NCBI GenBank assembly: GCA_028534125.1
Contig: CM052847.1
Coordinates: 23,312,001 to 23,376,000 of the forward strand
Direction: 5' to 3'
Source: Lama glama
Taxonomy: Eukaryota
DNA: 64,000 nt
Shown: positions 1 through 12,200 of the stretch, piece by piece
Layout of the letters: the number at the start of each line of letters is the position of its first letter
Position numbering within the stretch: the first letter of the stretch is position 1
Notes under the pieces: generated by a model
What the model was told of the DNA's origin: nothing
Seen by the model: only the letters and a program-made list of their open reading frames with translations
The model's database searches: none
Translations under genes and position numbers: made by a program

Positions 1-4
1 GACT

Positions 5-480
5 GTCAACAGACGTTTATTGCGATATACTATGCCAGGGGTGGGGTCCAGCAGTGACCAAAAGGAAACCCTGCTGCCCGCAGGGAGTTCAGACCCTGAT
101 GGAGGCGGCCTGCACGGATGGTTAGATGATGCTTGCTGTGGAGACAGCAGTGGGCAGAGCTATTTTGGTGGGGTGATGAGCAGTGAAATATTGGGGTCAC
201 CTTGGAGGACAGTGAGGTAGAAAGCCAGTTGGCCACCTGCCAGAAGAAGATTCCACAGAGGCAAGAGCAAGGGGCTTGAAGGGAGAGCAAGGCCGGATGC
301 CACGCGGCCATAGGAGGAACAGGGTGGAGGCGAGGCCGGGACAGCAGAGAAGGCAGAGCCTGGGAGTGGCGGGACTGTGCTTTCCCCAACACTCACAGCT
401 CGTCTCATCAGACAATTCCCAATTCTCACAGGTACAACAGAGCACGTGCCTACACAGTGTGCATCGGGCCTGGAGGCTGG
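5..480 (-). mobile_element. Degenerate L2 (LINE2) fragment
   Basis: caacagacgtttattgcg...tactatgccagg resembles the reverse complement of the L2 3' end; boundaries approximate. Confidence 0.5.
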
Positions 481-867
481 ATGCACTGAGCCGCCATTTC
501 TCCTCACTGCTACCCTCTTTCGTGGGGACGGGACTCCCCCTTCCTAGCACTTCTCAAACTTGGAAAATCCGACCTTGCAGAGAGAGGGAGTGGGGAATGG
601 AGAATGGGCTGTCTGCGGTGGAGGCAGGGTGGTGAGAGAGCACTGCAGGGTCTTCATGCTTGAGGCACTTGGATGTAGATGAGTCGACGTTAGTGTCCCC
701 CAGAGAGTAGGTGCTAAGAACAGTACGGGGACACGTGGCAGCCATGCTGGCTTTCAGAGGCCTTCAAGGCCAAGGGTGCAGCCCCGGTCTGCGTGAAGCA
801 TGTTTACACACGTGTCTGTGCTCTGACAGCTGGCGCGCTTCTAATCAGATGCAAACTGCTGTTACAG

Positions 868-1007
868 GCCCACAGATGACAGCAACCAGCCCCCGGGCCG
901 AGGCGTCCTCTCCATGCATGGCCTGACCTACGGGGTCATCCGAGTGGACTCGGAAGAGAAGCTGTCTGTACTCACTGTGCAGGACGTCGGCCTCGTGATG
1001 CCTGGAG
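868..1007 (+). CDS. DIP2C: DIP2C coding exon (first in window): (R)PTDDSNQPPGRGVLSMHGLTYGVIRVDSEEKLSVLTVQDVGLVMPG
   Basis: Acceptor ttacag|g with CTAAT branch-like motif at 841-845; donor gag|gtgagt; peptide matches recalled DIP2C FLD1; phase joins the next exon. Not in the ORF track. Confidence 0.93.
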
Positions 1008-1808
1008 GTGAGTGTGGCCCCAGGCGCAGGCGGTGTGTGCATGCAGGTCAGCCCCCAGCCTGACCTGGAGTCTTCTCAAGTGTTTGCTAAGCTGCTCCAT
1101 AACACTACCTCACCTGACAGAAGAAAACCCAGAATGTTCGCGAAACTGAGGAAGGGCCTCTATGCCGCGTGCGCCATGGGACCCCTGGAGGCACCGGTGC
1201 TGCCCTGCACTCGCAGTGGCACCTGGGCGGCTGGCCCCTGAGCAAAGGTCAGGCTCCCACTGGTCATCCTGGCACATTGGGCACCTGGATCCTTCGCCGG
1301 GTTTGCCTTCAGCACGAGAGCCCTTTTTAAAAAGTCACAGACCATTTGCTTGTTGAGCAGAGGTGAGGCCCCAGGAGAAGGGCCTTCCTTGCTGAACCCC
1401 TTCTGCCTTCCCCTACCCTGTGCTGGGGCACCTCCTGCAACTTGCTGGCGGGAGACAGAGCCCGGTTTGGTTTGAAGGGGCCCTGACCTGTCCCATGCTC
1501 CCCACTTGGTGTTCCTGGGGCAGTTCCTCCAGGATCTGGGCCTTCCCCTCTTGAGGGTCCTCGTGCTCTCAGGTGTGGTCTCACCTTTGGGGGGAAGAGG
1601 GGCTTGCATCCACATGCAACCCCCTGCAGCCGGCCACGTGCCCGCACTGCTGCTGCCTTGGCCAGGCCTCCGGCCTCCATTCCTTTCTTGCTTTAAAAAA
1701 CACTTGTTTTTCAAATAAATAATAGTTCCCCGGGTTTCCAGCCTCAAAAGATGAGATGATTATAAAATATAAAAAGCCTCCTTTCCAACAGGAGGCAACC
1801 GCAGCGGA

Positions 1809-1950
1809 GACACGTGTGGACGTGTACAGACTTATGGATACGCAGACACTGTAGACGTGTACATGCACATACAGGCATGCACATACACGTACAGACATGC
1901 ACACATGTGCAGGTGTGCACATACATGTGCAGACATGCACACACTCGCAT
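1809..1950. repeat. Low-complexity alternating purine-pyrimidine (CA/TG, ACATGC) tract
   Basis: acatgcacatacaggcatgcacatacacgtacagacatgcacacatgtgc... Confidence 0.85.
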
Positions 1951-3029
1951 ATTCTTTTTCCTGTTTCTTTTTTTAATTTAATGTGATGATCGAGCCCTGT
2001 GTGTCCTTAGGTCCTGCATCTTAAAGCTCATTTGTCAGCAGCATGTGAAGAACTCGCAGGCTCCTTTCCAGGCCGAGTAGTGTTACACTGTCTGAACATG
2101 TAATAGTTTATCCAAACCCTCCCTGTTGGGCAGTTTCCCACTTTTTGCAGCTGCAGGGTGTTTGACGCAGGGTATAGCTCGTCTGTGCTCCTGTCTCTAG
2201 ACGGGTGAGCAAGAGTGGATGGGCACACGCCGACGGAGCTGTCAACCCCTGGTGTCCCCAGGCCGGCTGCGGGATTCACATTCCTGCCACTGGTAGGGGT
2301 ACCCTCCTTCTGCATCCGCTCCCTCGTCCCTGGCACACTTTCAGACTTTCTGACTTTCACCAACCTGAGGGATGAAGGATATTTCAGTGTCATGTTTCCT
2401 GGAACTTCTCTTAGCAGGAGTGAGCTGAGTATCTGTCTCCCTGCGTTTCAGCTGGCTGGTTTTGACGCAGAACGTCCTTTCCCCTCGGTGCCAACCACGG
2501 GGTCACAGGAAGCCTTGTTAGCTCTTCCTGCAGCTCAGCCTTCGCAGCATTCATGCCGCCTCCCTGAGCTGCGTCCCAACGCGCCCGTGCTCTGCGGGTC
2601 ACCATGGGCGCAGTGTGTGCTGCGGGAATTTGAGAGAAGACTAGGCTGCCCATGGCCATTGGGAGGTGCTTCTGCTTAGAAGAGCTGGAGAGGTGCTCTG
2701 TGCTCTCCGGTCTCAGAGTTCAGGCTGCGTCCCGGGGGCTGTGCACTTGATAATGAAATGCAGTGTGTGGCAGTGACCGTCAGGCTTACTCTAAGTGTCA
2801 CCCTCGTATCTGGATGGCAGAAAGGGTTACTCCCTTAAATACGATTTACACACTAAAATTAAAGCGGTTGGAATTATTTCCTGATGTTACAACTGTGAGA
2901 TCTGATGTTTTGCTGTAAACGCTGCTCTGTGCACTTGCATTCTCTTTTGAATCCATTTGTTTCTTCTCTCTGCCTCCCTTCCTCCCCACTGCCTCCCTGA
3001 CATTCCCCGTACTGCCTGTCTGTGCTCAG

Positions 3030-3166
3030 CCATCATGTGTTCGGTGAAGCCGGATGGGATTCCTCAGCTGTGCCGGACGGACGAGGTCGGGGAGCTCTGC
3101 GTGTGTGCAGTTGCTACGGGCACATCCTATTATGGCCTCTCGGGGATGACCAAGAACACCTTCGAG
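3030..3166 (+). CDS. DIP2C: DIP2C exon: AIMCSVKPDGIPQLCRTDEVGELCVCAVATGTSYYGLSGMTKNTFE
   Basis: ctcag|cc ... gag|gtaggt; lies within ORF 2957..3181; GEL..G.Y motif typical of ANL adenylate-forming fold. Confidence 0.96.
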
Positions 3167-4156
3167 GTAGGTGGAAGGTGACAAATGGCCACTACCAGGT
3201 GCATGAAACATGTGAGAGAGAAACATAAAACACATTCACAGTCATTTAAATAGCTGCACTTTCTCCTGCCATTTTTTATGGTTTTCAGTAAACGTGGCTG
3301 AGTTGGAAAAAGCAAGTACAGTTTCTTTGAAAGGGGCCTTTTTAAAACTGCTCTCCTTGCCCGTTTAGTACGAGCACAGCTGACAGACAGGTGGATGGCT
3401 GGGCGCCTGCAGTGCAGGCTTGGTCTTGCAGGGCCGGGAGCAGCGGCCCCTCAGGGCTGTCATCCGGAGCCAGACTTGGCCGGGTGTGAACAGACACACA
3501 CACTGCACAGGTGACTGCCTGCACCACCCGAGCGTGCGTGCATGTGTGCGCACAGGTGTGGCGCATGGTTAGCGTGGTGGTGGAAGGCTAGGGGGTAAGG
3601 CCAGTGGGCTCAGCCTCAGCGCTGCACCCAGTTTCCTCAGAAGGTATGTGATTCGCGACCCTGGGAGGAGCACATTCTGACTAAGTCGTGTGTGAGAAAA
3701 TGAGAATTGTTTGGGGATAAATTTCTAAACATGCAGATTTTGGATGTGAACACGTGCAATATGGTGTCTGGTCCATGCAGCGTTGCTGAACGTGGATTTA
3801 AGTTTCTAAAACGCCCCTGAAACTGAGCGAGACACGGTCTAACCAAAACTGGTCTTTTCTGTGTGACTTACTTGTTGGGTTGGAGGAAACTGGGTTCGAG
3901 TCTGAACTTGTGGTGGGGCTTGCTTCCTCTGTGTGTTTCTTTCCAGTGCATTTCAATAAGGGAAAATAGGATTTTAATGAATAGGGAGCATTTCACAACT
4001 GACAGATGTTGTTTAAAAGGCACTTTTTTTCTCCACTCACTACTTTAATGCTGTGGTTTTATTAGCAAAAGAATTAGTTGGTTTTAGACCACCACAGTCC
4101 TCTTAAGAGGGGCTGGGGCTCCTCCTTGGGTCCAGGTGAGGAGCCCCCCTGGAGGA

Positions 4157-4197
4157 GGGTGGAGGGTAGGGTGGGTAGGGTGGGTAGGGTGGGTGGG
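4157..4197 (+). repeat. (GGGT/GGGTA)n repeat with nine GGG runs; G-quadruplex-competent
   Basis: gggtggagggtagggtgggtagggtgggtagggtgggtggg read directly. Confidence 0.85.
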
Positions 4198-4227
4198 CCC
4201 CCCCGGCACTCAGCCGCCTGTCCCCAG

Positions 4228-4436
4228 GTGTTCCCGGTGACGAGCTCGGGGGCCCCGGTCAGCGAGTACCCCTTCGTGAGGACAGGCCTGCTGGGCTTCG
4301 TTGGCCCTGGGGGGCTTGTCTTCGCGGTGGGCAAGATGGACGGGCTGATGGTGGTCAGCGGGCGCAGACACAACGCCGACGACATCGTGGCCACCGCGCT
4401 GGCCGTGGAGCCCATGAAGTTCGTCTACCGAGGAAG
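4228..4436 (+). CDS. DIP2C: DIP2C exon: VFPVTSSGAPVSEYPFVRTGLLGF...EPMKFVYRG(R)
   Basis: ccccag|gtg ... ag|gtgagc; within ORF 4078..4440; RTG and GRRHNADDI motifs. Confidence 0.96.
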
Positions 4437-5396
4437 GTGAGCGCACTTCTCCGCAGACCACACTTTCTAGATAACGCTCATAAATTGCTCTAACGGGACG
4501 ACCTGTCCTCTTTGACGTGAAGCCACTGGAGTCTATGACTTCTGAGATTCCACGAGGTTCTGAATGTCCAGTTTTACGGAACTTTCCTGAGCCCATAAAT
4601 ATATTTTCAGCAACTTCCCTTCCGAGTAAAATAAGAATATCCGTTTGAGAAACGTACTTTTCGTAAGTAGCTACACAGGAAAGAGCCTAGCATTTCTTGC
4701 TACAGCTCATTTCAAATGACCCAGAGGTGATGGTTGAGCCCCAGCTGCCTAGAAAGTGGCTCTTGGGCTTCCCCCCGACCCAGCGGTGCCCCCGCCCACC
4801 TTGGCACATGGTCAGCACTGACCCACTGTCCACGGCTCCTGAGGGGTTGCTCACTTGGAGGGCATGATCGCTGCTGTAGATCTTACTCAGGTTGCCAAGG
4901 AAATGGGTGTGGGAGGAGGTGAAGCTGAGTGTTGGATGTGCAGAGGGCACCCCAGAGGTCCGGTTGCCACGGCCCACACTTCCTCTGAGAGGCAGACACG
5001 TCTAGTGGAAAACTGGCACATTAGCTCCCAGACGACAGCTTCCTGCTGATGGGAGAGAGTTGCTTCACAGGTGCAAACTCAAGATGTGAATTGCACGGCT
5101 TGCCAAGTTTCAGCTGTTCTGACAACGGCTCCTTCTGTCTACTGAGAGGCAGAGGCCGGCGCCCAGAGCCACAGGCGGGCTCCACGGGAAATGTGAGCGG
5201 TTCTGCCCCTTGGCGCCCCCAGGCCTCCCCCAGAACTGTGCTTACCTTGCTGAGCGCATGGGAGTTGAAGCTGCGGTTTCCTTCCAGAGGCCGCTGTCGC
5301 CCTGGGAGCCAGCTGCGAAGCTCCTTCCAGCAGGGCTGGTGCTTCCTTGAGCATCTGCAGCACGTGCTCACTGCGCTATCCTGTCTGTCCCCACAG

Positions 5397-5511
5397 GATC
5401 GCCGTGTTTTCGGTGACTGTCCTGCACGACGAGAGGATAGTGATTGTGGCCGAGCAGAGGCCAGACTCCACGGAGGAGGACAGCTTCCAGTGGATGAGCA
5501 GGGTGCTGCAG
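5397..5511 (+). CDS. DIP2C: DIP2C exon: IAVFSVTVLHDERIVIVAEQRPDSTEEDSFQWMSRVLQ
   Basis: ccacag|g ... cag|gtagtc; within ORF 5347..5736. Confidence 0.96.
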
Positions 5512-5920
5512 GTAGTCCTCCTGGCACCCCCCCCCTCCGTGCCCCTAACCTCTGGGGGTGTGGCTGCTGTGCTCTCTGGTCATCCCCGCACTCACCCAGC
5601 AGCTGTATTGACCGTGAACTCACAGTTGCGTCCTAGGGAGGTGGCTGTACAGACTGAGATTCGGGTCAGGGTTCGGGGATTTGCAGAACTGGCTCCCACT
5701 TGCTTGCGGAGTCTCGAGGGGACGTTTCTGTTATGACCTGGAGCACGTGCGTGCTGTTCCACGTGTCCTGCGGTGCATTCTGCTCAGTGAGGTGTGGTGA
5801 GCCAGGGGTCCCCCTTGTGCTGTGTCAGCTTCTGTGTGCTGGGTTTGCACATCTGAGGATCTGCTCCAGGGCTGTCCGTCACACCTGGTTTCACACAGTT
5901 TCCTCTCTGTGACTTTGCAG

Positions 5921-6122
5921 GCGATCGACAGCATACATCAAGTTGGGGTTTACTGTCTGGCCTTGGTTCCGGCCAACACCCTCCCCAAAACCCCGCTCGG
6001 GGGGATCCATTTGTCCGAAACGAAGCAGCTTTTCCTGGAGGGCTCGCTTCACCCCTGCAACGTCCTGATGTGCCCCCACACGTGCGTCACCAACCTGCCT
6101 AAGCCTCGGCAGAAGCAGCCAG
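5921..6122 (+). CDS. DIP2C: DIP2C exon: AIDSIHQVGVYCLALVPANTLPKTPLGGIHLSE...PKPRQKQP
   Basis: ttgcag|gcg ... cag|gtatgt; within ORF 5822..6355. Confidence 0.96.
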
Positions 6123-8403
6123 GTATGTCCAGAGGTCGTGCAGGCCCGGGTCCCTGCCAGCAAGGCCTCAGCCTCCCCTCCGGCCTCCCATCACACGCTC
6201 CCGGGGAACTCAGCTCCCTCCCACGCAGCCCTTCTCCCCAGGGTGCGGTGGGATGTGGCATCTCTTCTGGGTGCAGCTGGGGCTCAGACCTCGATCTCCT
6301 GGGTGGCCCTTGGCACAGAACCTCTCAGGGTCACAGCTCCCTCGTGCCCAGATGAGCATGAGGCTTCCTTCCATGTTCTGTGAGTCGAGCAGTCGACACG
6401 CGGGAAGCACGTGGAAGCCTGTGAGGAGTTGCGCTGCTCTGCCACTTGGGGTGCATGGGCACCACCTCCGAGTCATCCTCCACACAGCTCATCATCCTGC
6501 GCTTCGGGCTGCACGTGGCTGTCAGTGGAGAGGAATTTATTGCAAGAACATGGGTGGTGGGGGAGCAGCCCCTCCGCCAGTGCAGGAACGGGGTCCCGGC
6601 CTCCAGCTTGACGTGCCAACCTCAGGCAGGCAGGGCGCCCTCAGGCCAGGGTGCTAGGACAACAGACAATGCGTACATGGCACAGATTTTACAAGGAAAC
6701 GAGGAAGCTATGCCACAGCAAGGTCAGGAGCTGACCCAAGGCTGTGGGGCCAGAGTTCAGGAGAGACAGAACCAGACCTGACGGCTATCTGCTCCCCCGA
6801 TAGGGTGGCAGTGGGGCCAGGTTTAGGGGCAAGTCAGCTAGAGGTGGTCAGGGGGCACGGGTCCCAGTGCAGTTGGTGGTGGCTGTAGGAACCAGCCCAC
6901 CCCCGGGAAGGGAGCTTGGCTGAGATGGGGTGGGCGGCCCCTCCAGGGTTCGGGTGAGGAGGAGCGTGGGCACCGGGGCTCTGACTCCAGGCCGCTCGCT
7001 GCTGTGCCCTCTGAGCACAGCGTCCATGGGGTGGTTGTGATCCTCTCCCGGCGCAAGACCTAGACAGTCACAGCATGCCTGCTTTCCTGGCACCTTGGGT
7101 TTGTGTTTACAGTGATAAACACTGCTCTTCCTCTTAAATTATTCTCTTGTGTTCTGACTCCTTAACTAATGTTCCTCCTCCACTTCTTTGCTCTCACCTC
7201 TGTTGCACCCTCTCAGTCCCTGGCTTGTGTGAGTGTCGTGTAGACCAGAGTCACGTCTGACCGAACCGTCCATTTCTTTATTCTACGGGCAATTGCTTCA
7301 AGTGGCAAAGCCACTGAAAGACACAGCTTGTCCTTCGTGAGCCTAGGAAGTGGATGAAAAATAGCCTCTTTTGTCTCCTCTGGCCTCTGGGTGTGAACAG
7401 CACTGGGACTGACACAAGGTGGCTCTCGGCATGGATTTAATCAAGCCAGGGATGAAACCCAAGTTGACCGTGTGATCTTTGTGATCTTATGCTGCGGCTC
7501 TTTCAGTGAAGCTCTCCCAGCCTCCTCTCCTGCTCCCCCCCACCCCTCACTGACCCACACTCACACACTGGCCCTGTACTCTGCAGCGTCTGACCTCCTC
7601 CTGAGGTCTTGGTTTCTATGCATGTGTGTAATGAAAATGTATGAATGGTAATATGAGAAAGGTATCTACGGTTTCTTGCAATCAGAAATTTTGAAAGAGT
7701 TTCTATAGTTCTTTAAGAAACTTCTTTCATTAAAAAAGAAAAGCTGCCAGGATGGATTGTATCTGCTTTTCCCTCTTGAAATGCTTCTTAGACTGGAGTG
7801 AGCGTTGGTGGTCAAGTCAGTAACAGCGACTAGGAGGGGTGTGGGCCGTGCGGGCGCGGGTTGGTTTGCTATTGCCCGGAGACCCCGAAGCCTTCACAGT
7901 GATGAGTGAGTGACTGTGTCCTCCCCCTTCTGCCGTGTTACTCCTTGAATTCATCCAAAGAAGCACTTACTAAACACACACGGTATTTTGTTGCTGTTGA
8001 TGGTCAGCTCTCGCTGACGTGATAACAACAGGAGCAAGACGCACATCTTTACCTACTTTGAGACGCGTCACATGCTAAGTTCTGAACTTGTCTTCTGCGG
8101 TATTTTCATCGTCACTGGAATGAGTAGGTCTTAGCAGCCCCCCAGCTGGAAACCAAAGGCAGCGACTCTGTAGAGCCCGGGAAGTTTTGCAGGAGCGTGG
8201 CTCTGTGGACCCTTGTCAGGGCTGGTTCACATTTGCTGTCATTGTCGTCGCAGTGGCTGACTTGAAGCCCTGTTCTCGTGAGACTTTTCAAAGCTGGGGC
8301 TTCAGGAGGGTTCTCCAGAGTGAGCTCTGTACCGAAGCGGGAGGTCGTGTTTTCAGGAACTTCATCACATTTTCCTCACGTGTGTGCCGCTGCTTCTTTC
8401 CAG

Positions 8404-8513
8404 AAATCGGCCCTGCCTCCGTGATGGTGGGGAACCTGGTGTCTGGGAAGCGGATTGCACAGGCCAGCGGCAGAGACCTGGGCCAGATAGAAGACAACGA
8501 CCAGGCCCGGAAG
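8404..8513 (+). CDS. DIP2C: DIP2C exon: EIGPASVMVGNLVSGKRIAQASGRDLGQIEDNDQARK
   Basis: tttccag|aa ... aag|gtgagc; within ORF 8187..8675. Confidence 0.96.
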
Positions 8514-9771
8514 GTGAGCATGGAGAGCCAGACCTCGCCAGTTCCTCTCCACCTGGCGCCCAAGGGCCGGACCACAGACGTCATCGACTCCCACTCCCTC
8601 TCTGCCAGCCCAGTCTGTGTTCCTACCTTCCACCTGCCCTCCTGGTCCCGCAAGCGACACCATGTGGCTCTATAAGGAAAGCGCATTTGTTGGGAGATGC
8701 AGTGTTGGGGGACGCTTGACAGTAGCACAGTCCCAGGACTGGCAGGCTTGCGGCCAGTGTGGGTCCCTTCCTGTCCTTTTATCCCCTGAGCACTTGTTCC
8801 TGGTTCTCCCACAGCCCTGATGTGACACCCAGGCTGCCTCACAGCCACATTATTGTGAAGCTACAGTCCTTTGATTGTCGGAATTCAAGAAAATATCAGT
8901 TCAGAACCCAGGTCTGGGAGGCAGACATTCTTAAAGCAGCCTTGGGATCTGTGGGAGAAACTCCATGTAAACATGAAAACTGGTCCCGTGTGGCTGCGAG
9001 TCCCCATGATGACCATTCAGCCCCAGAACTCCTCCCGCTCTCCCAAAGGTAGTCCTGCTGTGGGGGGGCTCCCAGGAAATGTGACAAAGCAGTCACTTAA
9101 GATACTGCCAATTGGGTAACACATGATAACATGTTCAGTGAAAGCACTGGATCACCATGTTCCCCAGCTCGTAGTGCATTTCTTTCAGTCGTGGATTAAG
9201 GTGAATATGTGGGTATTTGCTGTATCCTGACCCTAGTGCTGTGTCCTGGCGTGAAATAGGGCCATCCTTGTCACCAGACTGTCAGCCTGGTGCCTACAAG
9301 CTGTGTGCTTTGCAGTGCTGTTGAACGACTTCAGGGATGACCATTGAAAAACAAATTTAAGAGATTCCATTCTTGAAGCAGGGTCGATCTGATTCTGTCA
9401 TTGCAGCCCCCAGACATCACTGTTGCATCTTCTGGAAGCCCAGGGGAAGGGGTTTTCTGTGTCAGTTATCCTGTCTGTGAGGGGAGTGAACGGAGTCTTC
9501 CCGTCCATGGGGAGATTTCAGAACTCTTCCGTAATGGAGGCAGGGCACCAGCCCTCTGGCCTGTGAGTCTGAATCAGGCATGGTGAGTTCAGGTCGCTGC
9601 CAGGAAAGCATCGTAAGCACCTGCTGGTTCTGCCGATTATATTCGTCAGGGATGATCCCCTCGCTGTGTGAAGGCACCCTGAAAGCACTCAGGCAGACCA
9701 CGCCTGTTTAAATGTTGAGGTCAGCCCGGCTCTCGGGACAGTCTGGACCTAACGGCTGTGCTCTGTTCCAG

Positions 9772-9852
9772 TTCCTGTTCCTCTCGGAGGTCCTGCAGTG
9801 GAGGGCGCAGACCACCCCTGACCACGTGCTGTACACGCTGCTGAACTGCAGG
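9772..9852 (+). CDS. DIP2C: DIP2C exon: FLFLSEVLQWRAQTTPDHVLYTLLNCR
   Basis: ttccag|ttc ... agg|gtgagg; within ORF 9712..9981. Confidence 0.95.
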
Positions 9853-12075
9853 GTGAGGCCCTGGGCGTCCCCGTGGGAGCACGTGCCTGAGCTTCTGTGT
9901 CTCTTTCTCGGGCCACACCTTCCACCGCAGCCTTCCCTGACTCCTGTTATTTATGTGTTTGTTTGTTGCTGTTTTGACTGAGATCTCTTCACCTAGGGAA
10001 GGTTGCTTCTAAATATAAGGCTTGAGCATCTGGACGTATGTGTATAGTGTATTTTAGCAATTTTTTTTGCAATGTTTTCCCCCCAAAGTGAGTTGCTGAA
10101 TGCCTACAACAGAGAACAGTTGCAGACTTATGAGGTATTAATGTCTTTATTTTTTATTTATTTATCTTTTTACTAAACTACATTTTTATAAGTAAGATGT
10201 CATGTTTTAATTACAGGCTTTCATTCTTAGGAATGAAAATCATTCCTATTTTATCCTTGAGGTTTATGTGTTCACGTTTCAGATTAGAGAAGCAAACTCA
10301 CCAGGTGTTTGTTGCATAATAGTGTTCAAGAAGGAGGCCTTAAACATACAAGCAGATAGTATCAACAAGAAATTTAAATGCAAAAATCTTAATATGCTTG
10401 TTAACTTTTCACTTACTTTGGAAATAAAGCCTGGAAAATGGGTTTAAAATGTAGGTCATCTTGACCAGTAAGGCTACTTGCAACTTTAGGAAGTGATGGC
10501 TAATCAGTCTCTTAATATCAAAGTCTCAGTGCACCAAGGCATCTGTTGCCTTTTAAAGCAATAGATTAAAGTCAAGTAAAAAGAAATGCTAATAATATAA
10601 GTTACTCCCCAAATCCCTAGTTCGGATATCCAGCTTTCTGACCAGTTTGTGTGATTTAGTTCACAGAAGTAACCCCATCCTCCTCTGTCACAGCTTGTCT
10701 TGAGTTGCCCTGCAAGCTGAGTTGATCCCAGCAGGTCCTTGTTTGCTGTGTCTGTTCAAGGCGACCCCCCTGGAGGGTCTTAGAAAGCACTCCGGCACCC
10801 TGGCCCCCGTGAGGAGAGTTTGGTACCCCACCTTTTGGTGCCTACCCTGGGGCTTCATGGACCCTCTTCCCAGGATTAAGGCTCCCGCTGTCCCTCGGGC
10901 TCGCAGGTGCACGGCAGGAACCCCGAGGACCACGTGGTTGCTAGGAGCCCTGTGTCTGAAACACGCCCGCTTTCCTTGTCTTTCCTCCGCCCCTTCCTCA
11001 GCCTGTGAACATGGACAAGACCACTTCCCTGGCTCTGCTGCCCAGCTGGCCCTCAGCTCTGACACTTCCTGTGTTTCTCTCGCGTCGCCCTTTCTGACTC
11101 CTCCGTCCTCTGCACGAAGCACTACCCCTGGAGGCTGCTCGTGGCTTTGCCTTCTTCTTCCAGAGCTTCTCGTGGCCTCGGGAGGTTTCCAGCAGCACTT
11201 GCAGGGTGGCAGCTGGAGCCGCACTCCAGCCTGACCCCAGTCCCTGGGAAGGACGCCTGCTCAGATGGCCTCCTCTCAGCTCCCTGAGCGGTGCAGTGGC
11301 GCTGCCCGGCAACACGGGCCCGGACACACGGCATGCCGCCTCTGGAACCTGCAAGCAGCGAGAGTCAGGCTGGGGTCACTGTCATATTTCAGGCTGGGCG
11401 AGGGGAAGGCCGCCATGCCTGCCCCAGATACTCTGGAGTGTAAGCGATCGCTTAGGAAATAGTAGCCACTGCCCCACCCAAGACACAGAGACCCGAAAGT
11501 GACTCAGGCAGGTTCACACACTACATCCCGTCAGTGGGAGGGAACGAGGGCAACAGAGCTACTCTGACTGTGTCTCTCCTGGGGATCTGCCGTCAGCGGG
11601 GCAGACCTCAGATTGCCGGTAGGGTGATGCAGGCACACCCGGCTTGTTGTCAGCAGGTGTGACCTGTGGGGCCTGCGTCCCCATTCCCAGACCCTGTGTT
11701 CATGGTCCTTTGCTCCGGCTGGGCACTGCTTGTTAGGGGAAACGTGGTCACTGGGAACAACTCGTATTCTGAAAAGCGCTTCATCCGCGGATCAGCGGGG
11801 TGAGCTGTGGAGCTCAAGGCTGTGAGAACATCTGCTTCAGGTCAGCACCGAGATCGTGTGGCCCACAGTGGCCTCTATCTCCGGAGGCTTTCCTGACGTG
11901 GAGGCGGCCACAGCCTGACCACCTGGAAGGGTCAGATCAGAGCCAGACATCTGTGTTCACTCCCACCCTCTCTGACCCGCTGTGTGCGCTTACAGCAAAT
12001 GTCCAGCCGGAACCGAAGGTCAGGAGCATCACGTCCATGGTCGTTACAATGTGGTTTCCACTTAACCCTCTAGTT

Positions 12076-12200
12076 CAGGACTGTCCAACAGAAATAAAAC
12101 ACAAGCCGCACCCCAGTGTAATGTTTTCTAAAAGCAATATTTTAAAAAGGCGAAAAGAAATAAGTGATATTCATTCTGAAATGTTATACTTAAGTCAGTA
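12076..12200 (+). mobile_element. MER33-like hAT-Charlie DNA transposon fragment
   Basis: ctgtccaacagaaata...aaaagaaataagtgatatt resembles the recalled MER33 start. Confidence 0.5.
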
